Positions 49,814 to 59,047 of a DNA stretch of 64,000 nt are shown here, piece by piece. Made by a program: the position numbers and the translations under genes. Below the pieces are notes generated by a model. It saw nothing but the letters and a program-made list of their open reading frames with translations. It was not told where the DNA came from and did not search any database. This DNA comes from a virus (taxonomy: Duplodnaviria > Caudoviricetes). The stretch lies in IMG/VR virus record IMGVR_UViG_3300042356_001602; one strand, given 5' to 3'. Numbering within the stretch: the first letter of the stretch is position 1; each line of letters opens with the position of its first letter.

Positions 49814-51466
49814 TTAATCGTAACTAGACATAGTATTGCTGAGTTCATAAAGAGTAAAATCTTTACATTCACCAATAGGGGTTTCAATCTTTTGTTTGTT
49901 TTTTGCAAAATTAACAATTGAATTTAAATAAGGTTTGCAGTTGCGAGAATAATAAAATTCGCAATCAACACAAGCAGCTTTATTATCATACACATTGTAT
50001 GGATGACTTTGATCGAATTCAATTACATCATCGTAATAGACAGTTTTTTCACAAGTGCATTTTTCAACTGTGTACAAATGAACATCACAACAAACTGTTC
50101 TTGTTTCGTCAAATCCTTCATAGAAGTAACCATCAAGAACTTCTAAAGTTGGACCAGAATTAGTAGTCAGCAATGATGTATGCAATGAGCTATCATCATC
50201 GTTATAATCTACTTCTTTAATTCGCATAAGCAAATCTTGATCTTGAGCATCTTTAGTCCAAAGATAATAAGTTATATTAGAATCAAATTTTCTGTCAGTT
50301 AAATACTTTTTAGCGTTGTCAATTATCTCACCATAAGAGTCTGACATAAGGGCAAAGCATAAATCGCAAGTGTCGCAATAAAAACTCTTAGGGACATAAG
50401 CAAGAACTTCAGCTTGACATGATGGGCATTCAGATCCAGCAGAATCTACTTCACCAATAACAAGATAAGGTTCATCGTCCTTAGGGTCTGGATACTCTTG
50501 AAGTCGAGAATCTCCGTTACGAATACCAAGAGGAGTAAAGGCCTGCGGTAGAGTCTGTGCCTGCGTTGTAGCCTGCGCTGTAGACGCCTGTGCCACCTGA
50601 GTAACCGAACCCCCCGCTATAGGGGGGAGTGCTTTTTTTACTTTAGCAGTCCATCCTACGACTTCAGGATCGGGTTCTTTTGTGAAAACATAATCTTCAA
50701 ATACATCTTCTGGTTTAAGGGTGTAAGTGTGACCAGCCATTTGCATCTCAATGTGATATTGAGTTGCGCCATTGTTGACAGACTTTTGCCATCCATAAGT
50801 AATATGAATGCCATCGAAGTCTGCTTGGTCTGCATGATCTGTGCCAGATGCATATGCAGCCATGTCAGGATGACTGTGAACAGAACCAACAATCAAAACA
50901 TCTTCTGGCTTTTGATCTACGATACTATCTGCATCATACTTGCAATGAACAGAAGTGTTTACTTGGTCTGGGACAAGAACGCCCCAACCCTGAGAAGTAC
51001 CTTCATGCTGAGGATCAAATGTCAAAAGAACAATTGACTCAGTACCATGTTGAGTGTGAACGAGTCTAAAGAACTCGTCTAGTTTATCGATGATAACCCG
51101 AGGAATTGCTGGAAGACTATACTCAGCTGTTTCACGAGTAGCTTCAAAGTCATACAAGTCTTCATCAACAATTTCAGAAACAGTTCTTCCAACAAAGTTG
51201 TTAACAACCTTAACAATCTTAGTAGAAAGATCAGTTACGTAAGAAACGTTTTTGGTTGTAATGCCTTTGTCGTAAACATTAGTTTCGACTTTGCGGTCAG
51301 TAGCAACATTGCAAATCAGGTAGTAAATATTGAAACCAAGAAATTCAATTTCTTCTTCAATGTTAGGTCTGTTTGCCATAAAGCATGGAACTCCGGATTT
51401 AGTCCAGAAGTAATTTAAGTCTTCCAACTTAACATTCATATAAGTAATATTATCTATTTGGTCCAT
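49814..51466 (-). CDS. JAB/JAMM metallopeptidase (PRTRC-A-like) with Cys-rich C-terminus
   Basis: E..HSHPDMAAYASGTD (E-HxH-x7-S-x2-D); CPSC..CDTC and CVDC..C motifs. Confidence 0.88.
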   Translation of the reverse strand: MDQIDNITYMNVKLEDLNYFWTKSGVPCFMANRPNIEEEIEFLGFNIYYLICNVATDRKVETNVYDKGITTKNVSYVTDLSTKIVKVVNNFVGRTVSEIVDEDLYDFEATRETAEYSLPAIPRVIIDKLDEFFRLVHTQHGTESIVLLTFDPQHEGTSQGWGVLVPDQVNTSVHCKYDADSIVDQKPEDVLIVGSVHSHPDMAAYASGTDHADQADFDGIHITYGWQKSVNNGATQYHIEMQMAGHTYTLKPEDVFEDYVFTKEPDPEVVGWTAKVKKALPPIAGGSVTQVAQASTAQATTQAQTLPQAFTPLGIRNGDSRLQEYPDPKDDEPYLVIGEVDSAGSECPSCQAEVLAYVPKSFYCDTCDLCFALMSDSYGEIIDNAKKYLTDRKFDSNITYYLWTKDAQDQDLLMRIKEVDYNDDDSSLHTSLLTTNSGPTLEVLDGYFYEGFDETRTVCCDVHLYTVEKCTCEKTVYYDDVIEFDQSHPYNVYDNKAACVDCEFYYSRNCKPYLNSIVNFAKNKQKIETPIGECKDFTLYELSNTMSSYD

Positions 51467-51498
51467 AAAATCTCCAGATTTAGGGTTTCTTTATTTTG

Positions 51499-53331
51499 TT
51501 AAAAAGGTTCGGTGCTAGGCACATTGTTAGATTGTTTGTGAGTTCCAATAGATTTAGAAAAAGTATGAACAGCTTGTTTAATTGCAACTTTAACATACTC
51601 TTCTTGGAATGGCTGATAATAAGCAACCATGTTTCCGTCAGAGTCTTCGGTAACATTGCCAAGACATTCAGCACAACACTGGGTTACAGTAATGGAAGTG
51701 TCTTCTGGCAATATAGTTGGAGTGCATGATCCAAATTGATCAGTATTATTCTTTAACAATCCGCAAGGACAAGTAAAGTGCTGAGCATTACATGGTTGAC
51801 AAAGGGTAATAACCTTAGGAGCTAAAGTCAAATCAGGTGTAGCAACCATAGCTTTTGACATAGGGTAACTTTCTCCCCAACCATTAGTTTTAATAGCAAC
51901 TGCTTGACATATGTAGCAGTTAGTAGGAGTTAATTCATTGTCTGCTATAAAATGAGGTTGGCAAGTAGGGCAAATTACTTCTTCAGAACCAGGAAGGTGA
52001 AGAAGTTGTTTAAACATAATTGATTTTGAAGAATCAGAATGACCATTTACGCCTACCCAATTTGAACAAGTATGGCATTGTGCAACGGTATCTTTAACTT
52101 TATGATAATATTCACAATCAAGTTCTGAATATATTATGTTATCATCTTCTTTATGATAATAACCATCAACAGATTCAATGAAAACATAATAGTCACCTAA
52201 GCAACAATTACATACATCATTGCCATTAATGTCTCCAATAGGTTCTTCATCACTTGTATTATACTGTTCATCGCAGCAAATACATACCCAATCATTTTCA
52301 TCATCTTCATCATTATTGTTAGAAAATAAGTTTGGAGCTAAAACTGCAGAGCCGTTTTTTTCTCTGTTAGCAACAGTAAAGTCATAAGGATTATCTTTAG
52401 CCTCATGAGTATAGTTTACCGGTGAAGAAGCAAAAGCTTTTTTAAACATATCAGCAATGTTTACATCAGTAAAAGATAGATCAGGACGAGATATAATATT
52501 ATACATCTTAGGAATGTTAGTATCAGAGTAGTATGCTTGGTAATTACCTAGCATAGCCATAGCAAGAGTTAGCTCTTGACCCTTGTCATCATGTTGACCT
52601 TGATCGTCCATGTCTTTAACTTTAACAGGAATCCAAAGCTCTTCATTTAAGGTCCAGTTAAAACCTTCTTCTTCAGACTTTTGTTGCCAAAGCTGAGGAT
52701 TAGTAATATATTCAGGTTTTCCCTTAGAAGCATAGAACCGAGGGCCATCAGTCTCTGACATGTTGGCGTCATTGTAAGTCTCTACTCCTGAGCAGCGCTC
52801 AATGAAACGAGAAACTTTTTCATTAAAAGGAAGAGAAGACCAATCGTCTTTGTGGTATAAGCAAATCCAACCTACAGCATTTCCTCGGTAACCTTTGCAG
52901 TTAATGTTAGGAAGGTTAACGTGATAAAGAACGTTATTGGGAGAGGTAATTGGATATGGAGAGTAAAACATCTTAGCACCTAAAAGGTTGCCGTTTTCAA
53001 AGTCTCCAATAACAATACGATAAGGCTGGGCTACGTAATATGTCTTAGCATTCTTATCGCCTTCGTGAGCTCCCCAGTTGATGTGATACGTACCGGGGGC
53101 ATGTTGTGTCACAACCTGGGTCTGAGGGCCAGCAGAACGGATTGCAAGCACGCCTGTGCCATTTAGAGGAAGTAGACCAGTATCAAAGGACGCAAACTGA
53201 GAGAAGTTATTGTAAAAAGATACAATATCTTTATCAGTTACGTGGTCTAAGTTAAAAGATTTAACAGAAGACCGGATGGCATAAGTGCCTTGATCGTTCT
53301 TGACCAAAGAGTAGTTATATGAATCAGTCAT
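51499..53331 (-). CDS. Prokaryotic E2-like protein with C-terminal multi-zinc-finger region
   Basis: VAQPYRIV, LYHVNLPNINC..GWICL; many CxxC motifs after residue 350. Confidence 0.65.
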   Translation of the reverse strand: MTDSYNYSLVKNDQGTYAIRSSVKSFNLDHVTDKDIVSFYNNFSQFASFDTGLLPLNGTGVLAIRSAGPQTQVVTQHAPGTYHINWGAHEGDKNAKTYYVAQPYRIVIGDFENGNLLGAKMFYSPYPITSPNNVLYHVNLPNINCKGYRGNAVGWICLYHKDDWSSLPFNEKVSRFIERCSGVETYNDANMSETDGPRFYASKGKPEYITNPQLWQQKSEEEGFNWTLNEELWIPVKVKDMDDQGQHDDKGQELTLAMAMLGNYQAYYSDTNIPKMYNIISRPDLSFTDVNIADMFKKAFASSPVNYTHEAKDNPYDFTVANREKNGSAVLAPNLFSNNNDEDDENDWVCICCDEQYNTSDEEPIGDINGNDVCNCCLGDYYVFIESVDGYYHKEDDNIIYSELDCEYYHKVKDTVAQCHTCSNWVGVNGHSDSSKSIMFKQLLHLPGSEEVICPTCQPHFIADNELTPTNCYICQAVAIKTNGWGESYPMSKAMVATPDLTLAPKVITLCQPCNAQHFTCPCGLLKNNTDQFGSCTPTILPEDTSITVTQCCAECLGNVTEDSDGNMVAYYQPFQEEYVKVAIKQAVHTFSKSIGTHKQSNNVPSTEPF

Positions 53332-53728
53332 TATATTTTCCATTCGCAATGTCATCTAGCTCTAAATCTACATCCATAGAAAAATCACCAAAGGTCATAG
53401 CTAACCAGTTGGGATCTTGTTCTGCAGTTGTAATTAGTTGAAGCTTAGGAAGTATTTTATTTTTAGCATCGATAAGATCAGCAACCCGATCTAAAGCTTT
53501 AGCAACTTTTTTTATCTCTTCTTTATCTTCACTAATGTTTAAGATAAAACGTATGATAGGCATATCAGATAAAGTAAAGTGATCAACAATTTTATCTATT
53601 CTTTCATCTATATGAGCAAGATCAGATTGAAGTTGTTTTTTAATTCCTTTAGCTGCATCGAGTCTAAAGTAAAAGTTATCTATAGGAGCGTTAGCACTGA
53701 TGGGAATTTTTTCTGGATAAGAAGTCAT
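53324..53728 (-). CDS. Hypothetical protein
   Basis: AAGGA RBS before ATG 53728. Confidence 0.7.
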   Translation of the reverse strand: MTSYPEKIPISANAPIDNFYFRLDAAKGIKKQLQSDLAHIDERIDKIVDHFTLSDMPIIRFILNISEDKEEIKKVAKALDRVADLIDAKNKILPKLQLITTAEQDPNWLAMTFGDFSMDVDLELDDIANGKYND

Positions 53729-53738
53729 ATAATCCTTA

Positions 53739-54410
53739 TTAGTAGATCTTAAAGCCAAGAGATTCTCTAATGGACTGAAAGGATTGATTGATATAAGCGT
53801 TAGAAGAGAAAGAACGAACATCGATATTAGAATAATCTTTATCGATAATCGCTTTCATAGGAACTCTGTTGATTTGTTCACACAACTTTTCATAAATATC
53901 AATGTTGCGATTTATAGAATGAGTCATAACTTTATGCATAGAACCAAAGTATATGCGAATAAAGGAATCGTTTAAAGTAATATTCAAATGTTTAGCAGCA
54001 AGCTCAAAAGACTTTGTATTGTCTGCAGTTATTATTGCATTTAAAAATTCTATAATAGCAAAACGTTTTGCAATTGATTCTTCAAGTATGTCAGCATACA
54101 ATTCGCTAGCATACTTGCCATCAGATAATTTATTTAAAGCGTTAAAAATTGACCGATTTAAAGATTCAGATTCAAAAATAAAACGGTTTGAAACTTCATA
54201 AAATGAAGTAATTACGCCAGTTCTAAGCATGAAGCCACCAGAACCGACTCCTTTGTTCTTAGCATAATCTTTGCTAGATTCGATAAGAGCTTCTAGTTCT
54301 TCGTCTTTTCCAAGACTAGTATTTGAAAATACATTATGGAAAGAAGGAGCTTGAGCTTGAGCTGATGGTTCTTGAAAAAGATCATCATCGTTGTCAGAGT
54401 AATGAGACAT
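53739..54410 (-). CDS. Hypothetical protein
   Basis: Long ORF in the operon. Confidence 0.7.
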   Translation of the reverse strand: MSHYSDNDDDLFQEPSAQAQAPSFHNVFSNTSLGKDEELEALIESSKDYAKNKGVGSGGFMLRTGVITSFYEVSNRFIFESESLNRSIFNALNKLSDGKYASELYADILEESIAKRFAIIEFLNAIITADNTKSFELAAKHLNITLNDSFIRIYFGSMHKVMTHSINRNIDIYEKLCEQINRVPMKAIIDKDYSNIDVRSFSSNAYINQSFQSIRESLGFKIY

Positions 54411-54451
54411 TAAATATCCAAACTGTAAGTGGTCTATTTTTTTGTGTAAGA

Positions 54452-54531
54452 TTGTACGGGCGACGGGAATTGAACCCGCGTGCCACCAACTACCCTTTCT
54501 ACACTTTATAAGAGTGAGGGGATACGCCCGT
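54452..54531 (-). ncRNA. tRNA-like element lacking a canonical D-arm (loop CUUAUAA, anticodon-like UAU)
   Basis: Acceptor ACGGGCG/CGCCCGT plus A; T-arm GCGGG-TTCAATT-CCCGT; middle CCCT-CACT-CTTATAA-AGTG..AGGG. Confidence 0.55.
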
Positions 54532-54575
54532 GTACGAAAACGGAGATGTATCCAAACATATTCGAAAATCTAATT

Positions 54576-54845
54576 TCATTGTGCAGTCTGTTTCTGGGGT
54601 TGTTCTTTTACAATTTGGTGCAAAGCTTGTATGCCAAGCTTGGTTATAGTATAACCTTTATCTGACTTTATAGCAAGCTGCTGTCGAACAAGAACATCAA
54701 GTGAGCGCATAACAGAACTTAATCTTTTATTATACTTTGTAGGAGATAAAGCCATAAGATCATTTTCGGTAGACCATTTATGGCCCCTGATTTTAAGATA
54801 ACACAATGCTACATGAGTAGGTGAATTACGCTTAATGTTAATCAT
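54576..54845 (-). CDS. Winged-helix-like protein
   Basis: GGAG RBS; RSLDVLVRQQLA..GY.IT..G pattern. Confidence 0.6.
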   Translation of the reverse strand: MINIKRNSPTHVALCYLKIRGHKWSTENDLMALSPTKYNKRLSSVMRSLDVLVRQQLAIKSDKGYTITKLGIQALHQIVKEQPQKQTAQ

Positions 54846-55125
54846 TATTTCTCCAATATAATATAAAATAAATTGACAGCAGGCAATGGGGCGATATGGG
54901 GCCACTAGTGTCATTACTTTTGGTTAGCAATTCAGTCGGCTTATTTCTGTGTTTTACCACGTAGTAAGTTTGAATTTACTAGCTGCTATCAAAGCTAGTG
55001 ATGGCGAACGCTCACGTCCATAAACGTTCACCATCAAATTAATTAACCAGTAGTTACAACGGAAGATATGGGTCCACCCTAAAATATTGTAATTACGTAT
55101 CCACTACAGGGCTACTAGTTAAATC

Positions 55126-55596
55126 TTAGTGGATATTAAATCCACCGCAGTTTTCAAGAAAGACTTGAAATTCTTTCATAAGATCTAAACTCATATGGTA
55201 CCAAGCTATATGAGATGAAACTTTTAAAGTTCCATTGCAAGCATTGCACACTTTGGTGAGAATGGTTCCATCTTCTTGATTCCAGTCACGGTTGCCCGTT
55301 CCTTCACAATGTTTGCAGTCTTCCAATGGAATAGCTGCAATAGATGCATAAAAGTCAGTGATATACTGTTCTATGATTCCTTTTTCTAAGTCTTTTTTTA
55401 AAAGCTTAGATAAGGTTAACGAGTCTCTAGCATTTAATCCATCGCCAGAGTTATCATGTGGAGATTCGCATTTGCCACAGATAGTAGGGTGAAGGTCATC
55501 AAGACATGCCCATAAAGGATGCCAGTACCAAACATTGGCACGAAAATATTCGCCCTGTTCGTTCTTTGGCTTTCTGCCATAAACGTCCATTCCCAT
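55126..55596 (-). CDS. Conserved phage protein with a DnaJ-type CxxCxGxG finger
   Basis: MGMDV..YFRANVWYW.PLW; CKHCEGTG..CNACNGT; FLENCGGF. Confidence 0.8.
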   Translation of the reverse strand: MGMDVYGRKPKNEQGEYFRANVWYWHPLWACLDDLHPTICGKCESPHDNSGDGLNARDSLTLSKLLKKDLEKGIIEQYITDFYASIAAIPLEDCKHCEGTGNRDWNQEDGTILTKVCNACNGTLKVSSHIAWYHMSLDLMKEFQVFLENCGGFNIH

Positions 55597-55598
55597 GT

Positions 55599-55862
55599 TT
55601 AGTCTCCTATTAGCTTAGTGTACACTTCACCATTCTCTTGTATTTTTGTATCTTCATACGGTGCTGCAATACGACGGTAAAGTTCTAATTTTGCACACTC
55701 TAAAGCTCCAATAACTTCGTTAATGGTAGAATATGATTTACCCTTCTTATCAATAAAGTGATTAATAAGGGTAGAGATGTAATAATTTAATTCGCCGGCA
55801 TTGACTATAGCTTCAGGGCTAAGCAATATCTCGGCTCTTAATTCAGGTTTAATGTAAGGCAT
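55599..55862 (-). CDS. DUF6899-like phage protein
   Basis: MPYIK..GELNY..Y...NEVIGALECAK.ELYRR.AAPYED.K..ENG.VY. Confidence 0.8.
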   Translation of the reverse strand: MPYIKPELRAEILLSPEAIVNAGELNYYISTLINHFIDKKGKSYSTINEVIGALECAKLELYRRIAAPYEDTKIQENGEVYTKLIGD

Positions 55863-55864
55863 AA

Positions 55865-56125
55865 TTAATAATCCTTTTCTTGTTCGCCAAAGACTTGATT
55901 CCAACATGCTGGGTGAGTTCCAGAAATCATCCATTCTCTAGTCTCTTTATCAAGCTGTGGAAATACGTCTTGAACATAAAGCCCACGAACTTTCCATTTG
56001 TTATATTGTTCTTTAGTCATTAAAAAGAATGTTTCACCTTCACAATGAATGCATACTGTATGAACATTTTCAGGACAATAAGAGTTTTCATCTTCTGCAA
56101 CACGATAATAAATAACGTTAGTCAT
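55865..56125 (-). CDS. Zinc-binding hypothetical protein
   Basis: CIHC..IQ.VFP.L....RE..ISG.HP.CW...F. Confidence 0.75.
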   Translation of the reverse strand: MTNVIYYRVAEDENSYCPENVHTVCIHCEGETFFLMTKEQYNKWKVRGLYVQDVFPQLDKETREWMISGTHPACWNQVFGEQEKDY

Positions 56126-56279
56126 AGGTTTCCTGTTCAGGGTAATACCAATTGTTGGTAGAAGTAGGAGCAATTTTAGAAGCAACATAAAAAATAAATA
56201 TTGCAAAGAATTGCATGAAAAGAGATTCAGTTAATACTATATAGAATAACCAAATATACATAAAAATAGTTTTAAACAT
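56118..56279 (-). CDS. Small membrane protein (53 aa) starting 2 nt after tRNA-Ile2
   Basis: Not in ORF track; hydrophobic; overlaps the next start. Confidence 0.55.
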   Translation of the reverse strand: MFKTIFMYIWLFYIVLTESLFMQFFAIFIFYVASKIAPTSTNNWYYPEQETYD

Positions 56280-56281
56280 AG

Positions 56282-56355
56282 TGGGCCCTCTGGGGCTCGA
56301 ACCCAGGACACACGGATTATGAGTCCGATGCTCTAACCGACTGAGCTAAAGGCCC
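56282..56355 (-). tRNA. tRNA-Ile2/Met(CAU), probably Ile2
   Basis: Canonical cloverleaf; loop CTCATAA; G1-C72 paired and no GGG/CCC initiator stem. Confidence 0.9.
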
Positions 56356-56516
56356 GTAAGACAGTTGTGAATGCTTAAATGGAAGGATAAGCATATTGGT
56401 ATCACTTTGTGGACGGGCCAGTTGTAAACAAGTGGTGATCCGTAGCAATGGGGACTGTAAGCTCCCATAGATTAAAATGATTGCATGTCACTGCATAACA
56501 TTAATCAAATAAAATA

Positions 56517-56717
56517 TTAAAGCTTTCCAGCTCCTGGAATATACATATTGATCTTAGCGGATTCAAACATAACTGAAGGTTGATCATCTCTATCGTATTC
56601 AGCGCCAATTGACAATAGCTCAGTTAGCTCTTCTTTTAGTAGAGTAACTGCTAGGATGTCATCTTGAAATTCGCCAGGAATATCGGCATGGATTTCAACA
56701 ATTAATTTAACTTTCAT
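56517..56717 (-). CDS. Hypothetical protein
   Basis: ORF. Confidence 0.6.
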   Translation of the reverse strand: MKVKLIVEIHADIPGEFQDDILAVTLLKEELTELLSIGAEYDRDDQPSVMFESAKINMYIPGAGKL

Positions 56718-56871
56718 GAGTTGGTGTAGCCTCTTCTGTAAGTAGTAAGTATAGACGAATGTCTAATAGCAGGTCTGTCATTTCAGATGACGAGACAAGC
56801 TGTTGACCAGAAATGTCTCCAATAGCTTTATCAACCATTTGGATAGCATTGTTTTTTGGATTAATAGTCAT
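56707..56871 (-). CDS. Small hypothetical protein (54 aa)
   Basis: Not in ORF track; GGAGGGGAAG RBS; overlaps the upstream stop. Confidence 0.6.
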   Translation of the reverse strand: MTINPKNNAIQMVDKAIGDISGQQLVSSSEMTDLLLDIRLYLLLTEEATPTHES

Positions 56872-57149
56872 TACGCTTCCCCTCCACGTTTTTTATATAT
56901 AGTAACTGCTTTTTCTAAGGTGGTGCAGTAATCACCATTCGATGCTTCAAAGCCTTGAGGTATAGCCACAACGCTCCATACTACGTATGGATGAAGCTCG
57001 TTCTCTTTATGACAAATAGTTATCCAATGAGCATAACTATCGTCAGGAATCCTATCAGCTTTTTTAGTAGCTGTTATAACCGTCCTATTGGTGGTGCCTA
57101 CAACATCGCCAATATGAAGTTCGTTTAGTAAATTTAATTCATTTGTCAT
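56871..57149 (-). CDS. Hypothetical protein starting 2 nt after tRNA-Lys
   Basis: HPYVVW...GDYC motif; ATG 57149. Confidence 0.7.
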   Translation of the reverse strand: MTNELNLLNELHIGDVVGTTNRTVITATKKADRIPDDSYAHWITICHKENELHPYVVWSVVAIPQGFEASNGDYCTTLEKAVTIYKKRGGEA

Positions 57150-57151
57150 AG

Positions 57152-57224
57152 TACGCCCTCCGGGGCTCGAACCCGGGACACACGGATTAAAAGTCCGATG
57201 CTCTACCAACTGAGCTAAAGGCGC
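57152..57224 (-). tRNA. tRNA-Lys(UUU)
   Basis: Canonical cloverleaf; loop CTTTTAA. Confidence 0.95.
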
Positions 57225-57234
57225 GTGATGTCAT

Positions 57235-57447
57235 CTATGGATAGATGTCATCAATGGTAGTGGGTTCAACTATGTCTAGTGTTTGTAAAACTTGTTTAAG
57301 CTTTTTACTTTTTTTAATTTTATAACCAGCTGCATTAAGATCTTGAATAATTTTTTCTGGAATACCATGCCAGATTACAATACCAGAAGCAGTTAAAGAA
57401 TGAGCAATAATATCAAGCTTATGTTTTTTGTGAAGTTTAAATATCAT
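57235..57447 (-). CDS. Hypothetical protein
   Basis: AAGGA RBS. Confidence 0.6.
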   Translation of the reverse strand: MIFKLHKKHKLDIIAHSLTASGIVIWHGIPEKIIQDLNAAGYKIKKSKKLKQVLQTLDIVEPTTIDDIYP

Positions 57448-57481
57448 TAATTAATCCTTATGTCTATATGTATAATAACAA

Positions 57482-57682
57482 TTATACAACGCGAACGTTG
57501 ATTGCTTCAGGACCTTTACGTCCTTCGCCAATATCGAATTGAACACTTTGACCTGTAGTCAATGCAGGCTGGGCAGCTTGTTCAACATTAGAAGTATGAA
57601 CAAAGATGTCTCCATCTGTGTCTGTAGAAATAAAGCCAAAGCCTTTTTCTTCATTGAAAAATTTTACAATACCTGTAGGCAT
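57482..57682 (-). CDS. cspA: Cold-shock protein
   Basis: GIVKFFNEEKGFGFI..DIFVH..GPEAINV. Confidence 0.95.
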   Translation of the reverse strand: MPTGIVKFFNEEKGFGFISTDTDGDIFVHTSNVEQAAQPALTTGQSVQFDIGEGRKGPEAINVRVV

Positions 57683-57932
57683 TAGTACTCGTTTCTATTA
57701 TATTTTTTGTTTAATGGATTCCATAATAAATTATGGTTTCCATAGTTTTTCTACTATAAAAGTTAAAACACCTGCAATAACTAATATGATTAGTATATCT
57801 TTCATTCGTAATAACCTTGATTTCTAGTAGAGATTCCATAAGGAGTTTGATGGATTTTGTTATAGGATTTATAACGTTGTCTAGCTGTACGCTTAAACCT
57901 AATCCTATTAATTAAATGTTGAATAGAGTAAA

Positions 57933-58220
57933 TCATATTCCATCCTTATTGATAATTCTTTTAGGTTTTCTTTTGGCATTGCCATAAGGAAAATAACCTA
58001 GTTTTACACGTTGTTCTTCTGTTTCGCCACCCCATATGCCGTACTCAAGGTTGTCACGAGCATAAGCTCTGCACTGAGTGGCTACTGGGCATTGAGAACA
58101 AATGGTCAAAGCTTTTGCTTCTCGTTTAACTCTAGCTTGAGGGCGTTCGTTATAAAGCGGAAAGAATAAATCAGTTTGATTTTTACATGCCGCTGCATCG
58201 AACCATGAAGGGTGATACAT
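57933..58220 (-). CDS. whiB: WhiB-family Fe-S transcription regulator
   Basis: AAC..LFFP..AL.ICSQCPV..QC..YGIWGG.TE..R. Confidence 0.93.
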   Translation of the reverse strand: MYHPSWFDAAACKNQTDLFFPLYNERPQARVKREAKALTICSQCPVATQCRAYARDNLEYGIWGGETEEQRVKLGYFPYGNAKRKPKRIINKDGI

Positions 58221-58263
58221 TTAAATCCTTAAAAGGTACTAATTTGATATAAAGGTCACTTAA

Positions 58264-58554
58264 TTAAAGAGGCCAGTGTTTTGAATCTGCCTTAGGATCT
58301 AATGCAGGTATTATATTGCATGATAGATTATGCTTTTCTTGAGTTGAATCAACCCAAGCTTTTGCTTGTTCTAAGGTAGCGAATGGACCCCATGATACAA
58401 CATGGGTGTATCCATGATACTGGGCAAAGTAAGTATACTTAGGTAGATCATCTTGTTGCAAAACAGAATTATACCATTCCATTTTTGACATATTAACATC
58501 TATATCTTCTAGAATAGATATAGTTTTAAGTGCGTTTCTAATTTTTTTAAACAT
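58264..58554 (-). CDS. Hypothetical protein
   Basis: WGPFAT..QAK.W motif. Confidence 0.65.
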   Translation of the reverse strand: MFKKIRNALKTISILEDIDVNMSKMEWYNSVLQQDDLPKYTYFAQYHGYTHVVSWGPFATLEQAKAWVDSTQEKHNLSCNIIPALDPKADSKHWPL

Positions 58555-58557
58555 GGG

Positions 58558-58842
58558 TTAATCCTGACCAAAGTTAACGTGTACAACATTGTTTACGTCA
58601 TTAGTTTTAGGGGTGTACAAGAGTACTTTAGCCAAAGCTTGAGAATAACCCTTAAATGCTGGATGATCATCTGGAATTTCATCTCCGTACTCTGCACGAT
58701 GAATGTAAAGAACACGTCCATCTTCAAAGTGGAAATCTAAACGATATCCAGAATCAGAAGTAAAAGCTTCCAAAGCATCTTCGATATTTAAATGATCAGC
58801 AGTTAAGCCATCATTTGAACGAGTTGAGTAAGTAATAAACAT
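58558..58842 (-). CDS. Hypothetical protein
   Basis: GGAAG RBS; coupled to the upstream gene. Confidence 0.65.
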   Translation of the reverse strand: MFITYSTRSNDGLTADHLNIEDALEAFTSDSGYRLDFHFEDGRVLYIHRAEYGDEIPDDHPAFKGYSQALAKVLLYTPKTNDVNNVVHVNFGQD

Positions 58843-59045
58843 TATAGATACTTCCATTTATCAATTGCAGGGATGAGGCCTAAAATAGAACCATCATCCC
58901 ATTTTGCAAATACAGTTCCGTTAGAATCTACCGCAGTTACTGTTCCCTGAGAGCCAGGGACAAGATTAGTGTATCTGTCGGTGCAAGTAATTATTTCTAT
59001 ACGTCTACCTAATAGGTGAGACATGTCATATTTGGATTTTGTCAT
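58842..59045 (-). CDS. DUF4314-like SH3-fold protein starting 2 nt after tRNA-Asn
   Basis: G.RI......D.YT.L.PG..GTV..VD..G.V..KWD.GS.LGL. Confidence 0.8.
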   Translation of the reverse strand: MTKSKYDMSHLLGRRIEIITCTDRYTNLVPGSQGTVTAVDSNGTVFAKWDDGSILGLIPAIDKWKYL

Positions 59046-59047
59046 AG

